Source of the DNA: an uncultured archaeon
GTDB taxonomy: Archaea > Iainarchaeota > Iainarchaeia > Iainarchaeales > CSSED10-239
NCBI GenBank assembly: GCA_964591795.1
Contig: CAZQEL010000028.1
Coordinates: 1-8,358, forward strand
Direction: 5' to 3'
DNA: 8,358 bases
Under the pieces are notes generated by a model. It saw only the letters and a list, made by a program, of their open reading frames with translations, was not told the origin of the DNA and did no database searches. Positions 1-6,837 of this stretch are shown here, one piece after another. Both the position numbers and the translations under genes were made by a program. How positions within the stretch are numbered: position 1 is the first letter of the stretch; every line of letters begins with the position of its first letter.

Positions 1-1
1 A

Positions 2-418
2 ATTATAAATTCCAAATTTGGTCTTGTTCTTCAAGCAGTTAGAGATGATGAAACTGGAGCTAAATCTCTTGGAAAAAATACTTTTAAAGTTAAAACAATT
101 GGGTTAATTATCTCAGCTTTTTTTGCTGGAGTTGCAGGATCTTTATTTGCACATTTTATAACTTTTATTGATCCATCATCATTTACCTTTATGGCCCTTA
201 TACCAGTTATAACAATTATTATTGTTGGTGGACTTGCATCAATTAAAGGAACTGTTATAGCCACAATTATACTCACATTGATACCAGAAATATTGAGATT
301 TGTTGGTCTTCCATCATCTTTAATAGGGCCAGGAAGACAAATCATATTTGCTTTAATTCTTTTAATTATAATTATATATTATCCTAAAGGATTTTATGGA
401 AAAGTAGAATTAGAATAA
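2..418 (+). CDS. livM: Branched-chain amino-acid ABC transporter permease, LivM-type. This is a 3' fragment whose 5' end lies outside the window.
   Basis: The frame is open from base 2, upstream of the ORF-track Met at 191. It translates to ...FGLVLQAVRDDETGAKSLGKNTFKVKTIGLIISAFFAGVAGSLFAHFITFIDPSSFTFMALIPVITIIIVGGLASIKGTVIATIILTLIPEILRF...YYPKGFYG. That matches the conserved LivM/LivH C-terminal pattern (R-x-x-E-x-A-A-x-x-x-G, AG-x-AG-x-L-x-A, P-x-x-F, GG-x-GS-x-x-G, LPE-x-LR). The stop is TAA at 416-418. Confidence 0.75.
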   Translation: MINSKFGLVLQAVRDDETGAKSLGKNTFKVKTIGLIISAFFAGVAGSLFAHFITFIDPSSFTFMALIPVITIIIVGGLASIKGTVIATIILTLIPEILRFVGLPSSLIGPGRQIIFALILLIIIIYYPKGFYGKVELE

Positions 419-472
419 ATTATTATTAAAATACTTAAAAAAATCTAAAATTATTAAAAAATAAAAATTTAT

Positions 473-1255
473 TTAAATATTAATAATAATATTTTTAACT
501 ATTTTTAAAACATCATCTTTTGCCTTATTCATAATATTAATTGTTTTTTTATGACTAACTATTTCCTTATCTAAACCTTCAGCATAATTTACATTTGAAC
601 AAATTGCACAAAAAGGTATGTTTAGTTGAGAACAAAGCATTACTTCTGGAATAGTTGTCATTCCAACAACTCTTTTTTTATAATCTTTAGTTAATTTATT
701 TAATATTTTAATTTCAACTGTAGTTTCAAAAGCATCTCCATTATTATAAATATAGAGCACATTATCTACAAAAGTACATTTTGATTTAATAATTGCATTT
801 TTAGCTATTTTAATTAATTTTTTATTAAAAGGTTCTTTCATATTTGTATGCACATTAAGAGCATCTTTTCCAAAAGTATGTGTTGATGCTGCAAATCCTC
901 TTAAATATGTATAAGGTAAAATAAATTCATGCTTATTTATTAATTTTAATGATTTATCTAAAGATCCAACTACACTAAACCCAAATACACAATCTACTTT
1001 TAATTTATATAATTCCCAAATATTAGCTTCATAACCTTTTTCTAAAACTAACTGTGCTGGTGATCTTACAGGAATATTAAGTGAATCTCCATGTCTTGGA
1101 AGTATAATTATTTTTGTATTATTATATTGTCCAATATAATATGAAATAACTAATCCGTATTTGTTTTTTTTATTTTCAATCTTTTTAATATTAGTTAAAA
1201 GTTTATTTAAAACCTGTGCAAGACCACTTCCTGCAATAAAAGCAATTGTTTTCAT
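473..1255 (-). CDS. Nucleoside phosphorylase of the MTAP / trimeric PNP family (5'-methylthioadenosine or purine nucleoside phosphorylase-like)
   Basis: 260 aa. Family motifs seen by eye are N-terminal IAFIAGSGL (cf. IGIIGGSGL), ILPRHG (cf. LARHG), YEANIWEL (cf. YRANIWAL), VVGSL (cf. ACGSL) and VVGMTTIPEVMLCSQLNIPF (cf. VxMTxxPEaxLAxExG). It has an ATG start and a TAA stop. Confidence 0.75.
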   Translation of the reverse strand: MKTIAFIAGSGLAQVLNKLLTNIKKIENKKNKYGLVISYYIGQYNNTKIIILPRHGDSLNIPVRSPAQLVLEKGYEANIWELYKLKVDCVFGFSVVGSLDKSLKLINKHEFILPYTYLRGFAASTHTFGKDALNVHTNMKEPFNKKLIKIAKNAIIKSKCTFVDNVLYIYNNGDAFETTVEIKILNKLTKDYKKRVVGMTTIPEVMLCSQLNIPFCAICSNVNYAEGLDKEIVSHKKTINIMNKAKDDVLKIVKNIIINI

Positions 1256-1347
1256 AATAGCACTTTAATTTATTTTAATTACTAATATTTCCCCATTTCT
1301 CAATAGTTTTCTTTTCTATAATTTTAAATACTATTTCTTTTTTAAAC

Positions 1348-1887
1348 CTAAGTAGTATTAGTATCTACAGTATTATTAACATCAAAATCATTATTAACAT
1401 CAAAATTGATATTAACATCTAAATTAGTAAGATTTAAATCAGTATTTCCAAAATTATTTACATCAATTGAATTAAAATCATTATTTTTATCAGAAATATC
1501 TTTAAAAGATGTGTTTGTAATTAAAAAAAATATTAATAGGCCAATTGCTAAAATTAAAACAATAGTTGTAATAACTATCATTTTAAAATCACTTTTTTTA
1601 GATACTTTTGATTTTTCTTTAATTTTTGATGAATTAGAACTGCTATTTAAAACAAAAGAATCATTAATAACTGGTTTAGTTTTTTTAGGAGTAAGTATAT
1701 TTTCATTTTGTTTACTTTCAGAAGTATGCTCACTCCAGAAAGGATCATTTTTGTAATAATAAGCTAAATGTTCTTTAATTTCAAAAGTAGCTACCTTATA
1801 CCCTGTTAAATAAACTATAATTTCTGAATCAGTCTTGGATTTTTTTTTAAGTTCTTTTATAATTTCTATTAGTTTGTCGTTTATCAT
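1348..1887 (-). CDS. Hypothetical single-pass membrane protein with an Asn/Asp-rich tandem-repeat C-terminal tail
   Basis: The ORF-track start at 1899 is a TTG. The first ATG is at 1887 (MINDKLIEII...). One clear hydrophobic helix is present (MIVITTIVLILAIGLLIFFLI). The tail is ...DVNNFGNTDLNLTNLDVNINFDVNNDFDVNNTVDTNTT. I recognise no family. The stop is TAG at 1348-1350. Confidence 0.55.
   Translation of the reverse strand: MINDKLIEIIKELKKKSKTDSEIIVYLTGYKVATFEIKEHLAYYYKNDPFWSEHTSESKQNENILTPKKTKPVINDSFVLNSSSNSSKIKEKSKVSKKSDFKMIVITTIVLILAIGLLIFFLITNTSFKDISDKNNDFNSIDVNNFGNTDLNLTNLDVNINFDVNNDFDVNNTVDTNTT
1372..1425 (-). repeat. Three tandem 18-nt units inside the 3' end of the membrane-protein gene, encoding [D/N]FDVNN-like hexapeptides
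   Basis: On the plus strand the units are attattaacatcaaaatc (1372-1389), attattaacatcaaaatt (1390-1407) and gatattaacatctaaatt (1408-1425). More degenerate copies continue to about 1480. Confidence 0.6.
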
Positions 1888-1985
1888 TTTAAAACACAAT
1901 TAAATTTGTTAAATATCTATTAAAAACAATAATATCAATTGACAAAATGTTTTTAAATGTTTATAATCCATATTAAAAATACTAA

Positions 1986-2193
1986 TTAATACAAAAGATA
2001 TTCATAGTTTTTAACTTTTATACTTTTTATTACTGTATTAAAATTATCAAGTTCAAAATATTTTTTAAAAATTAAAATCTCTTGTTTACCTATAACATAA
2101 ACAATTTTAGCAGTAAATATTTTTTTAAGTTTTGCTCTTTCAACTTTAACTTTAATTATTCCAACATGCCTTGAACTGCTTTTCTTTTTGCAT
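1986..2193 (-). pseudogene. Orphan small ORF (about 68 aa if repaired) disrupted by a 1-nt frame offset. It could be a pseudogene, an assembly indel, or non-coding.
   Basis: The minus-strand frame is open for 70 codons (2198 down to 1989, stop TAA at 1986-1988): IICKKKSSSRHVGIIKVKVERAKLKKIFTAKIVYVIGKQEILIFKKYFELDNFNTVIKSIKVKNYEYLLY. It contains no in-frame ATG, GTG or TTG. An ATG at 2193-2191 sits one frame off, immediately before an A5 run (plus-strand T5 at 2185-2189). Removing one A would give MQKKSSSRHVGII... Confidence 0.3.
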
Positions 2194-2250
2194 ATAATTC
2201 AGATGTTTTTAATTTCACATTTAATTACACATTTTTATTATTTATTTAAA

Positions 2251-2829
2251 TTAATATTGTCTTATTTTATCAATATCAAGATCTATGGTAACCTTATGTA
2301 CTTCTTCCGTTAATTCCATATCTTTTAACAAATATCTCTTTATTGAAGAATAATCTTTTTTAGAACATAACTCTGCAACCATAGACCCATCAATATCATC
2401 TATTAAAGATACTCCAATAGCTTCTCCAAAGTCTTTTAGAGTTCCTCTGCTTTTTCCATATCTAAAGCAAGTAATATGATCTCTTAAATCTAAGATTTCT
2501 TTTAATGAAAAATACTGTATTTTTGTTTTATTAATAAAACTCCTTGTTACAATAAAAGAAATATCAAAACTTTTAATATTAAATCCAACCATTCTAAATA
2601 CATGATTTTCTTTTTTAAAATTAGCAAAATACGCCCAAAAATCAGTTAATATTTGTTTTTCATCTTCTCCAATTAAAACAACTGCATCTTTATTTGGTTC
2701 TTTTAAACCAATGGCAATTATTTTTGAATCAATTGGATTAATTAACTTTTGTTTGTCCTCTTCTTTTTTTTCAGAATAACCTTCTAAGAAAATAGGACAT
2801 GTTTCAATATCTACATACAAATAGTTCAT
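2251..2829 (-). CDS. DEDDy 3'-5' exonuclease, RNase H-like fold, of the PolB-exonuclease-domain-like family (COG3298 / DNA_pol_B_exo2 type)
   Basis: 192 aa. ExoI is YVDIET (D7, E9). ExoII is VGFNIKSFDISFI (N84, F88, D89). ExoIII is RYLLKD (Y166-x3-D170). The family-typical central block LDLRD...GTLKDFGEAIGV...IDGSMV is also present. It has an ATG start and a TAA stop. Confidence 0.8.
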   Translation of the reverse strand: MNYLYVDIETCPIFLEGYSEKKEEDKQKLINPIDSKIIAIGLKEPNKDAVVLIGEDEKQILTDFWAYFANFKKENHVFRMVGFNIKSFDISFIVTRSFINKTKIQYFSLKEILDLRDHITCFRYGKSRGTLKDFGEAIGVSLIDDIDGSMVAELCSKKDYSSIKRYLLKDMELTEEVHKVTIDLDIDKIRQY

Positions 2830-2852
2830 ATATATCTATATCAAAAGAAATA

Positions 2853-2860
2853 TTTATAAA
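2853..2860 (-). promoter_or_regulatory. TATA-box-like element upstream of the exonuclease gene
   Basis: The palindromic tttataaa lies 24-31 nt upstream of the ATG at 2829, and no Shine-Dalgarno sequence lies between them. That spacing fits an archaeal-type promoter for a leaderless mRNA. Specificity is low in AT-rich DNA. Confidence 0.3.
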
Positions 2861-3052
2861 ACATAACAAATATTAGTAAACTATAATTTAAGTTGAAAAT
2901 AATAACAATTTTCTAGATAATTCCACTATGATACTAATAAATGCATAAATTAGAGCATAAGTAAGTATTTTATATTAATTAAAAACTATTTTATAACTAA
3001 AATAACATTTTATTATTTAATAAATTTTAAAACAAGCATATTTTTCACATAA

Positions 3053-3952
3053 TTATTTTTTATATTTTACAACTTTACCTTTTGATAAATATTTAGGATT
3101 AACAAATCTTTTTTTACCAGTAAAATAAGAACCATCATCTAAAACTTCAATTTTTTTAGATTTTAGTTTTTTTATATTGTCAGTTATTAGTTTATCTTTT
3201 GATTTTTTAATAATATTTATAATATAATCATCAGTTTTAAAAAAATCAGAGTACTTAATCATTTTTAGTTCAAGTGCCTTTTTTAAAACATCTACAAAAA
3301 TATTATATCTAATCATATGAGTAATTCCACCCCAATGATTTTCTGCAAAATATTTATAAAGGTCATAAAAAACTTTAGCTGATTTTTTAGTTTTAAATAT
3401 AATTTCATTATCTACAACTACAAAATCATTAATTAACCCATTAGTTAGATTAGTTTCATGCTTAAATGCAACATACTCTCTTAAAGTATAATCAACTCTA
3501 TCAGCACAAAGATCAGGTGCATCTCTTTCAAGTAAACTAAAGTTACTGAAATCAACAATATCTTCAAGAGTATAATTGTATTTTTTTAAAATCTTTTTAA
3601 GTTCTTTATCTTTATTTAAAAATTCAAAAAATATATTATCTCCATGAGATTCAGCCTTATTGTCTATCAAATAATCATAAAGATGAGAAAAAGCCATGTG
3701 AGAAACATCATGCAAAAGCCCAGCTATTTTTTCATCTAGTGAAGCATTTAGTTTATCAAGTAAAATATAAACACCTATACTGTGTTCATATCTTGAAAAC
3801 TCAACACCATAATGCCATTCTTTAGGAAGACCTTGTTGTCTTATATATTTAAGTCTTTGAACTGATTTTGTATTTATTAATTCAAGTATAACTGGCTCAA
3901 TAATTTTGTAAGTTCCATATACTTTATCTTTTACAGTTAATTTTTTAATCAT
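3053..3952 (-). CDS. HD-domain metal-dependent phosphohydrolase, COG1078 / SAMHD1-EF1143-like (possible dNTP triphosphohydrolase or nucleotidase)
   Basis: 299 aa. Motifs in family order are KDKVYGTYKI...ELINTKSVQRLKYIRQQG (cf. DPVhGxI...lidtpxFQRLrxIkQlG), SRYEHSIGV (H57), GLLHDVSHMAFSH (H81, D82) and LCADRVDYTLRE (D151/D154). It has an ATG start and a TAA stop. Confidence 0.85.
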   Translation of the reverse strand: MIKKLTVKDKVYGTYKIIEPVILELINTKSVQRLKYIRQQGLPKEWHYGVEFSRYEHSIGVYILLDKLNASLDEKIAGLLHDVSHMAFSHLYDYLIDNKAESHGDNIFFEFLNKDKELKKILKKYNYTLEDIVDFSNFSLLERDAPDLCADRVDYTLREYVAFKHETNLTNGLINDFVVVDNEIIFKTKKSAKVFYDLYKYFAENHWGGITHMIRYNIFVDVLKKALELKMIKYSDFFKTDDYIINIIKKSKDKLITDNIKKLKSKKIEVLDDGSYFTGKKRFVNPKYLSKGKVVKYKK

Positions 3953-3975
3953 AATAATACTTTATAGTTTTATTA

Positions 3976-4215
3976 TTAAATAATTAATTTATTAGTATAA
4001 CAAGAACCTTCATAAATAAATTTAAAATTTAAATAATTCAAAACATCCACATTTACTAAAGGCTGGCCTTCTGAAACTCTATATGCTCTTGGGCTTATGT
4101 TTTTATTTTGTGATGACACTTTAGGAATTACCACAAATATTAAAAAAGCAATTAATATTAATATAATAAATACAATTAACATTATTTCTTTATAATTCAT
4201 ATAATCATTAACCAT
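3976..4215 (-). CDS. Hypothetical small membrane-anchored protein (79 aa), probably co-transcribed with the HD gene
   Basis: It has an N-terminal hydrophobic helix (IMLIVFIILILIAFLIFVVI) followed by a roughly 45-aa polar tail. Its stop is only 23 nt upstream of the HD gene start on the same strand. Alternative Met codons occur at codons 6 and 12. I recognise no family. Confidence 0.45.
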   Translation of the reverse strand: MVNDYMNYKEIMLIVFIILILIAFLIFVVIPKVSSQNKNISPRAYRVSEGQPLVNVDVLNYLNFKFIYEGSCYTNKLII

Positions 4216-4460
4216 TTAAATAATAATTATAAATATATAGGTTAAGTTTAAAAAAGTAATTAATTTAAATTAAAAATAATATAAAAAATCAACTAATCTT
4301 AATTTTAACTAAAACTTCTATCTTTTTAAGCATTTAGATATTTAATATATATAGAAAATACCGTTTTGTTAACAATAAATCTATTTCTGTTATATTTATT
4401 TAACTTTTTATTTAATTTAATTACAGAAATGATTTTATTTATTTAACAGTAGGCATATTT
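4216..4460. promoter_or_regulatory. Divergent promoter region between the 79-aa/HD unit and the ABC exporter, containing small palindromes and repeats
   Basis: This 245-nt spacer has no ORF. It contains a perfect 10-bp palindrome ttgttaacaa (4366-4375). An 8-bp inverted repeat, atttctgt (4383-4390) and acagaaat (4423-4430), flanks a 32-nt AT spacer. A 12-bp direct repeat tatttatttaac occurs at 4393-4404 and 4436-4447, and the second copy overlaps the TATA-like box at -25 to -14 of the exporter ATG. Confidence 0.35.
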
Positions 4461-6281
4461 ATGAATGAATATAAAAAAATACAAAAGATATCGTTTAAAG
4501 AAAGATTAAAAACTTTAAAACTAGCATATAACTGGACATATAAAGCAGCTCCAAAATTAACAATTACTTTGTTAATAACTAGTTTTTTTTCAGGTCTATT
4601 TGTAATTGTTTCTCCATATGTTTACAAAGTATTAATCGATTATTTAACAGGTCTTGACTTAACTACAACAACATCTGTAAGTATGTCAATTATAGTTTTA
4701 ATAATTATATATGTATTAATTATATTTCTATCTGCATTTTTATCTGAACTTAATTTTTTATTAAAAACAACTACGAATGTAAGAATTGAAAAATATGCAA
4801 GCTCTGAAATAATGAATAAAGCATCAGAGTTAGATATTGAACATTTTGAAGATGCTGAATTTTATGATAATTTATACAAAGCAAATCAAAGTATACCTAG
4901 AATTCCAGATTTATATAGATTTTCAACAAATACTTTTAAATATTTAGTATCTGTAATTGCTATAATAATTACTTTAATAATATTTGAGTGGAGAATTGCT
5001 TTACTTGTAGTAGCAGGATCAATACCTAATTTATTTGTTGGATTAAAATTTGCAGATATAAATTTCAGTTTATTTAATAGCAATTCACCTAAAAAAAGAA
5101 AAGCATGGTATTTTTTAAATCTATTAAATACTGATAAAAAAGCTATTAAAGAAATAAAACTATTTTCATTAAAACATGTATTTCTAAAAAAATGGGATAC
5201 TTTATTAAATGGCATTATAGAAAGGCAAGATAGAGCAGTAAAAAAACAAATTAAATTTTATTTTATTGCAAAAATGTTTAATAATATATTCATATTATTT
5301 GCAATTTTATTTTCAATAGATTTATTTATTAAAGGAGAAATTACAATCGGTTCAATTATATTTGCACTTGCTTTAATTTTCCAATTTTCAGACAAACTAG
5401 GTAATTTTTTTGAAGTTATTGGTTATTTAAATGAGTCATTATTACAAACAAATAGTCTTGTAACAGTATTTAATTATAAATCAAAAATTAACACAGCTGA
5501 AAGTAAACTAAATTTTCCAAAGAAATTAACCAAAAATATAATACTTAAAAATGTATATTTCAAATATCCAAAAGCAGAAGAATATGTACTTAAAAATATT
5601 AATCTAGAAATAATACCAGGAGAAAATATTGCTATTGTTGGAGAAAATGGTTCTGGAAAAACAACTTTTATTAAACTTTTAACAAGACTTTATGATGTAA
5701 CTAAAGGTGAAATCTTAATTGAAGATAAAAATATAAAAGAATATAATATTTCAGATATTCATAAAAACATAGGTGTTATTTTCCAAGATTTTGTACAATA
5801 TGAAACAACTGTTAAAGAAAACATACATTTTGGAGATGTAGATAAGTCTTCTAAGGATATTGAAGCATCAGCTATTAAGTCAGGTGCACATAATTTTATT
5901 AAAGATTTTGATAAAAAATACTTAGAAAACCTAGGAAGAACTATTGAAAAGAACGGAAAAGAACTTTCTGGTGGACAATGGCAAAAAATTGCTCTTGCAA
6001 GAGCTTTCTTTAAAAATTCAAAAATACTTATCTTAGATGAACCAACAGCTGCAATTGATGCTAAAGCTGAATATGATTTATTTAAAAGATTTAGAGACTT
6101 AACTAAAAATAAAACAACCATACTTATATCTCATAGATTTTCAACAGTTAAGATGGCTGATAGAATTATAGTTATGGATAAAGGTAAAATTGTTGAAGAC
6201 GGTAGTCATAAAGAGCTTATGGAAAAGAAAGGTATCTATCACAATTTGTTTACTCTTCAAGCAAAGGGTTATGAAATGTAA
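4461..6281 (+). CDS. ABC transporter, fused permease/ATP-binding protein (type I exporter half-transporter, MsbA/MdlB-like)
   Basis: 606 aa. The N-terminal half has about six hydrophobic segments. The C-terminal NBD carries Walker A GENGSGKTT (nt 5640-5666), a Q-loop region IFQDF, the signature LSGGQWQKIALARA (LSGGQ at nt 5964-5978), Walker B ILILDEPTAAID and the H-loop ILISHR. Confidence 0.9.
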   Translation: MNEYKKIQKISFKERLKTLKLAYNWTYKAAPKLTITLLITSFFSGLFVIVSPYVYKVLIDYLTGLDLTTTTSVSMSIIVLIIIYVLIIFLSAFLSELNFLLKTTTNVRIEKYASSEIMNKASELDIEHFEDAEFYDNLYKANQSIPRIPDLYRFSTNTFKYLVSVIAIIITLIIFEWRIALLVVAGSIPNLFVGLKFADINFSLFNSNSPKKRKAWYFLNLLNTDKKAIKEIKLFSLKHVFLKKWDTLLNGIIERQDRAVKKQIKFYFIAKMFNNIFILFAILFSIDLFIKGEITIGSIIFALALIFQFSDKLGNFFEVIGYLNESLLQTNSLVTVFNYKSKINTAESKLNFPKKLTKNIILKNVYFKYPKAEEYVLKNINLEIIPGENIAIVGENGSGKTTFIKLLTRLYDVTKGEILIEDKNIKEYNISDIHKNIGVIFQDFVQYETTVKENIHFGDVDKSSKDIEASAIKSGAHNFIKDFDKKYLENLGRTIEKNGKELSGGQWQKIALARAFFKNSKILILDEPTAAIDAKAEYDLFKRFRDLTKNKTTILISHRFSTVKMADRIIVMDKGKIVEDGSHKELMEKKGIYHNLFTLQAKGYEM

Positions 6282-6354
6282 TTTATTTAAAAAAATATAT
6301 TTTTAAACCTTTCATGTAAAATAAGTATTAATATACTTAAAAAAAAGATTAACT

Positions 6355-6837
6355 ATGAAAAAACTAACTATAGCTAAATCAATTAAACAAACAAAAGAAA
6401 ATCCAACTAAAAATAGACGTAAATTAGATGACACCTTAAGCCATTCTAAAAAACAACTACACGAAGGGTGGAATGGATGTGATGGAAGTGCTCGAAGATA
6501 TAGAAAAATATATGCACATTCATTAAAACTTAAACCATTTAATTTTTTATTAGAAGAACTGAAAGTACATGATCCAAATGTTATTATATTAGGTCCTGGA
6601 AAAGGAGAGGACAGTCATTTATTTAAAGCAGAATTAGAAGATATAGAGGTTAACATACATCTTGATACTTTAGGTTTTAGTAAAACAGTACACAAAGAAT
6701 TAATTAAAGATAAAATAATAAAAAAAGACTATTCTCCAAATATTTCAAAAGGCCTTGCTTTTGAACATATAAATACAAAAGAACATCCAAAGCTTACAAA
6801 AGCAATTATAGGAAAATATCATTTAGTAGTTGCATAA
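6355..6837 (+). CDS. Hypothetical protein as called (160 aa). It looks like the N-terminal two-thirds of a Rossmann/class I methyltransferase-like protein.
   Basis: The N-terminus is basic. It is followed by VIILGPGKGED (beta1 plus Gly-rich loop like MTase motif I), IHLDTLG (beta2 ending in an acidic residue) and KYHLVVA (beta4-like). The frame ends at TAA 6835-6837 but stays protein-like beyond it; see the pseudogene feature. Confidence 0.5.
   Translation: MKKLTIAKSIKQTKENPTKNRRKLDDTLSHSKKQLHEGWNGCDGSARRYRKIYAHSLKLKPFNFLLEELKVHDPNVIILGPGKGEDSHLFKAELEDIEVNIHLDTLGFSKTVHKELIKDKIIKKDYSPNISKGLAFEHINTKEHPKLTKAIIGKYHLVVA

Noticed and set aside
31-345. 104-aa minus-strand ORF overlapping the LivM fragment
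   Set aside because: It is antisense to a strongly motif-supported permease frame. Its sequence is low-complexity with no recognisable motif, which is typical of a shadow ORF.
1406-1756. 116-aa plus-strand ORF inside the membrane-protein gene
   Set aside because: It is antisense to the ORF that carries the clear TM helix and in-frame tandem repeats. It has no motif or sensible start context, so I treat it as a shadow ORF, though neither strand has homology support.
1888-1899. ORF-track start of the 183-aa protein (MCFK...)
   Set aside because: The codon at 1899-1897 is TTG, not ATG. An ATG follows four codons later at 1887 (MINDK...), so I prefer the shorter model.
2830-3052. 223-nt ORF-free spacer between the HD and exonuclease genes as a possible ncRNA
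   Set aside because: All ATG-initiated frames on both strands stop within about 8 codons. The sequence is uniformly AT-rich with no evident stem-loops. It is most simply the exonuclease promoter region.
4429-4446. 5-codon upstream ORF (MILFI) just before the ABC exporter, and the idea of a bacteriocin/peptide export locus
   Set aside because: An ORF this short is expected by chance. There is no precursor-peptide gene, no peptidase (C39) domain on the exporter and no modification enzyme nearby.
4886-5215. 109-aa minus-strand ORF inside the ABC exporter TMD region
   Set aside because: It is antisense to a gene with complete ABC motifs and is therefore a shadow ORF.
5759-6121. 120-aa minus-strand ORF inside the ABC exporter NBD region
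   Set aside because: It is antisense to the Walker B / signature-motif coding sequence and is therefore a shadow ORF.
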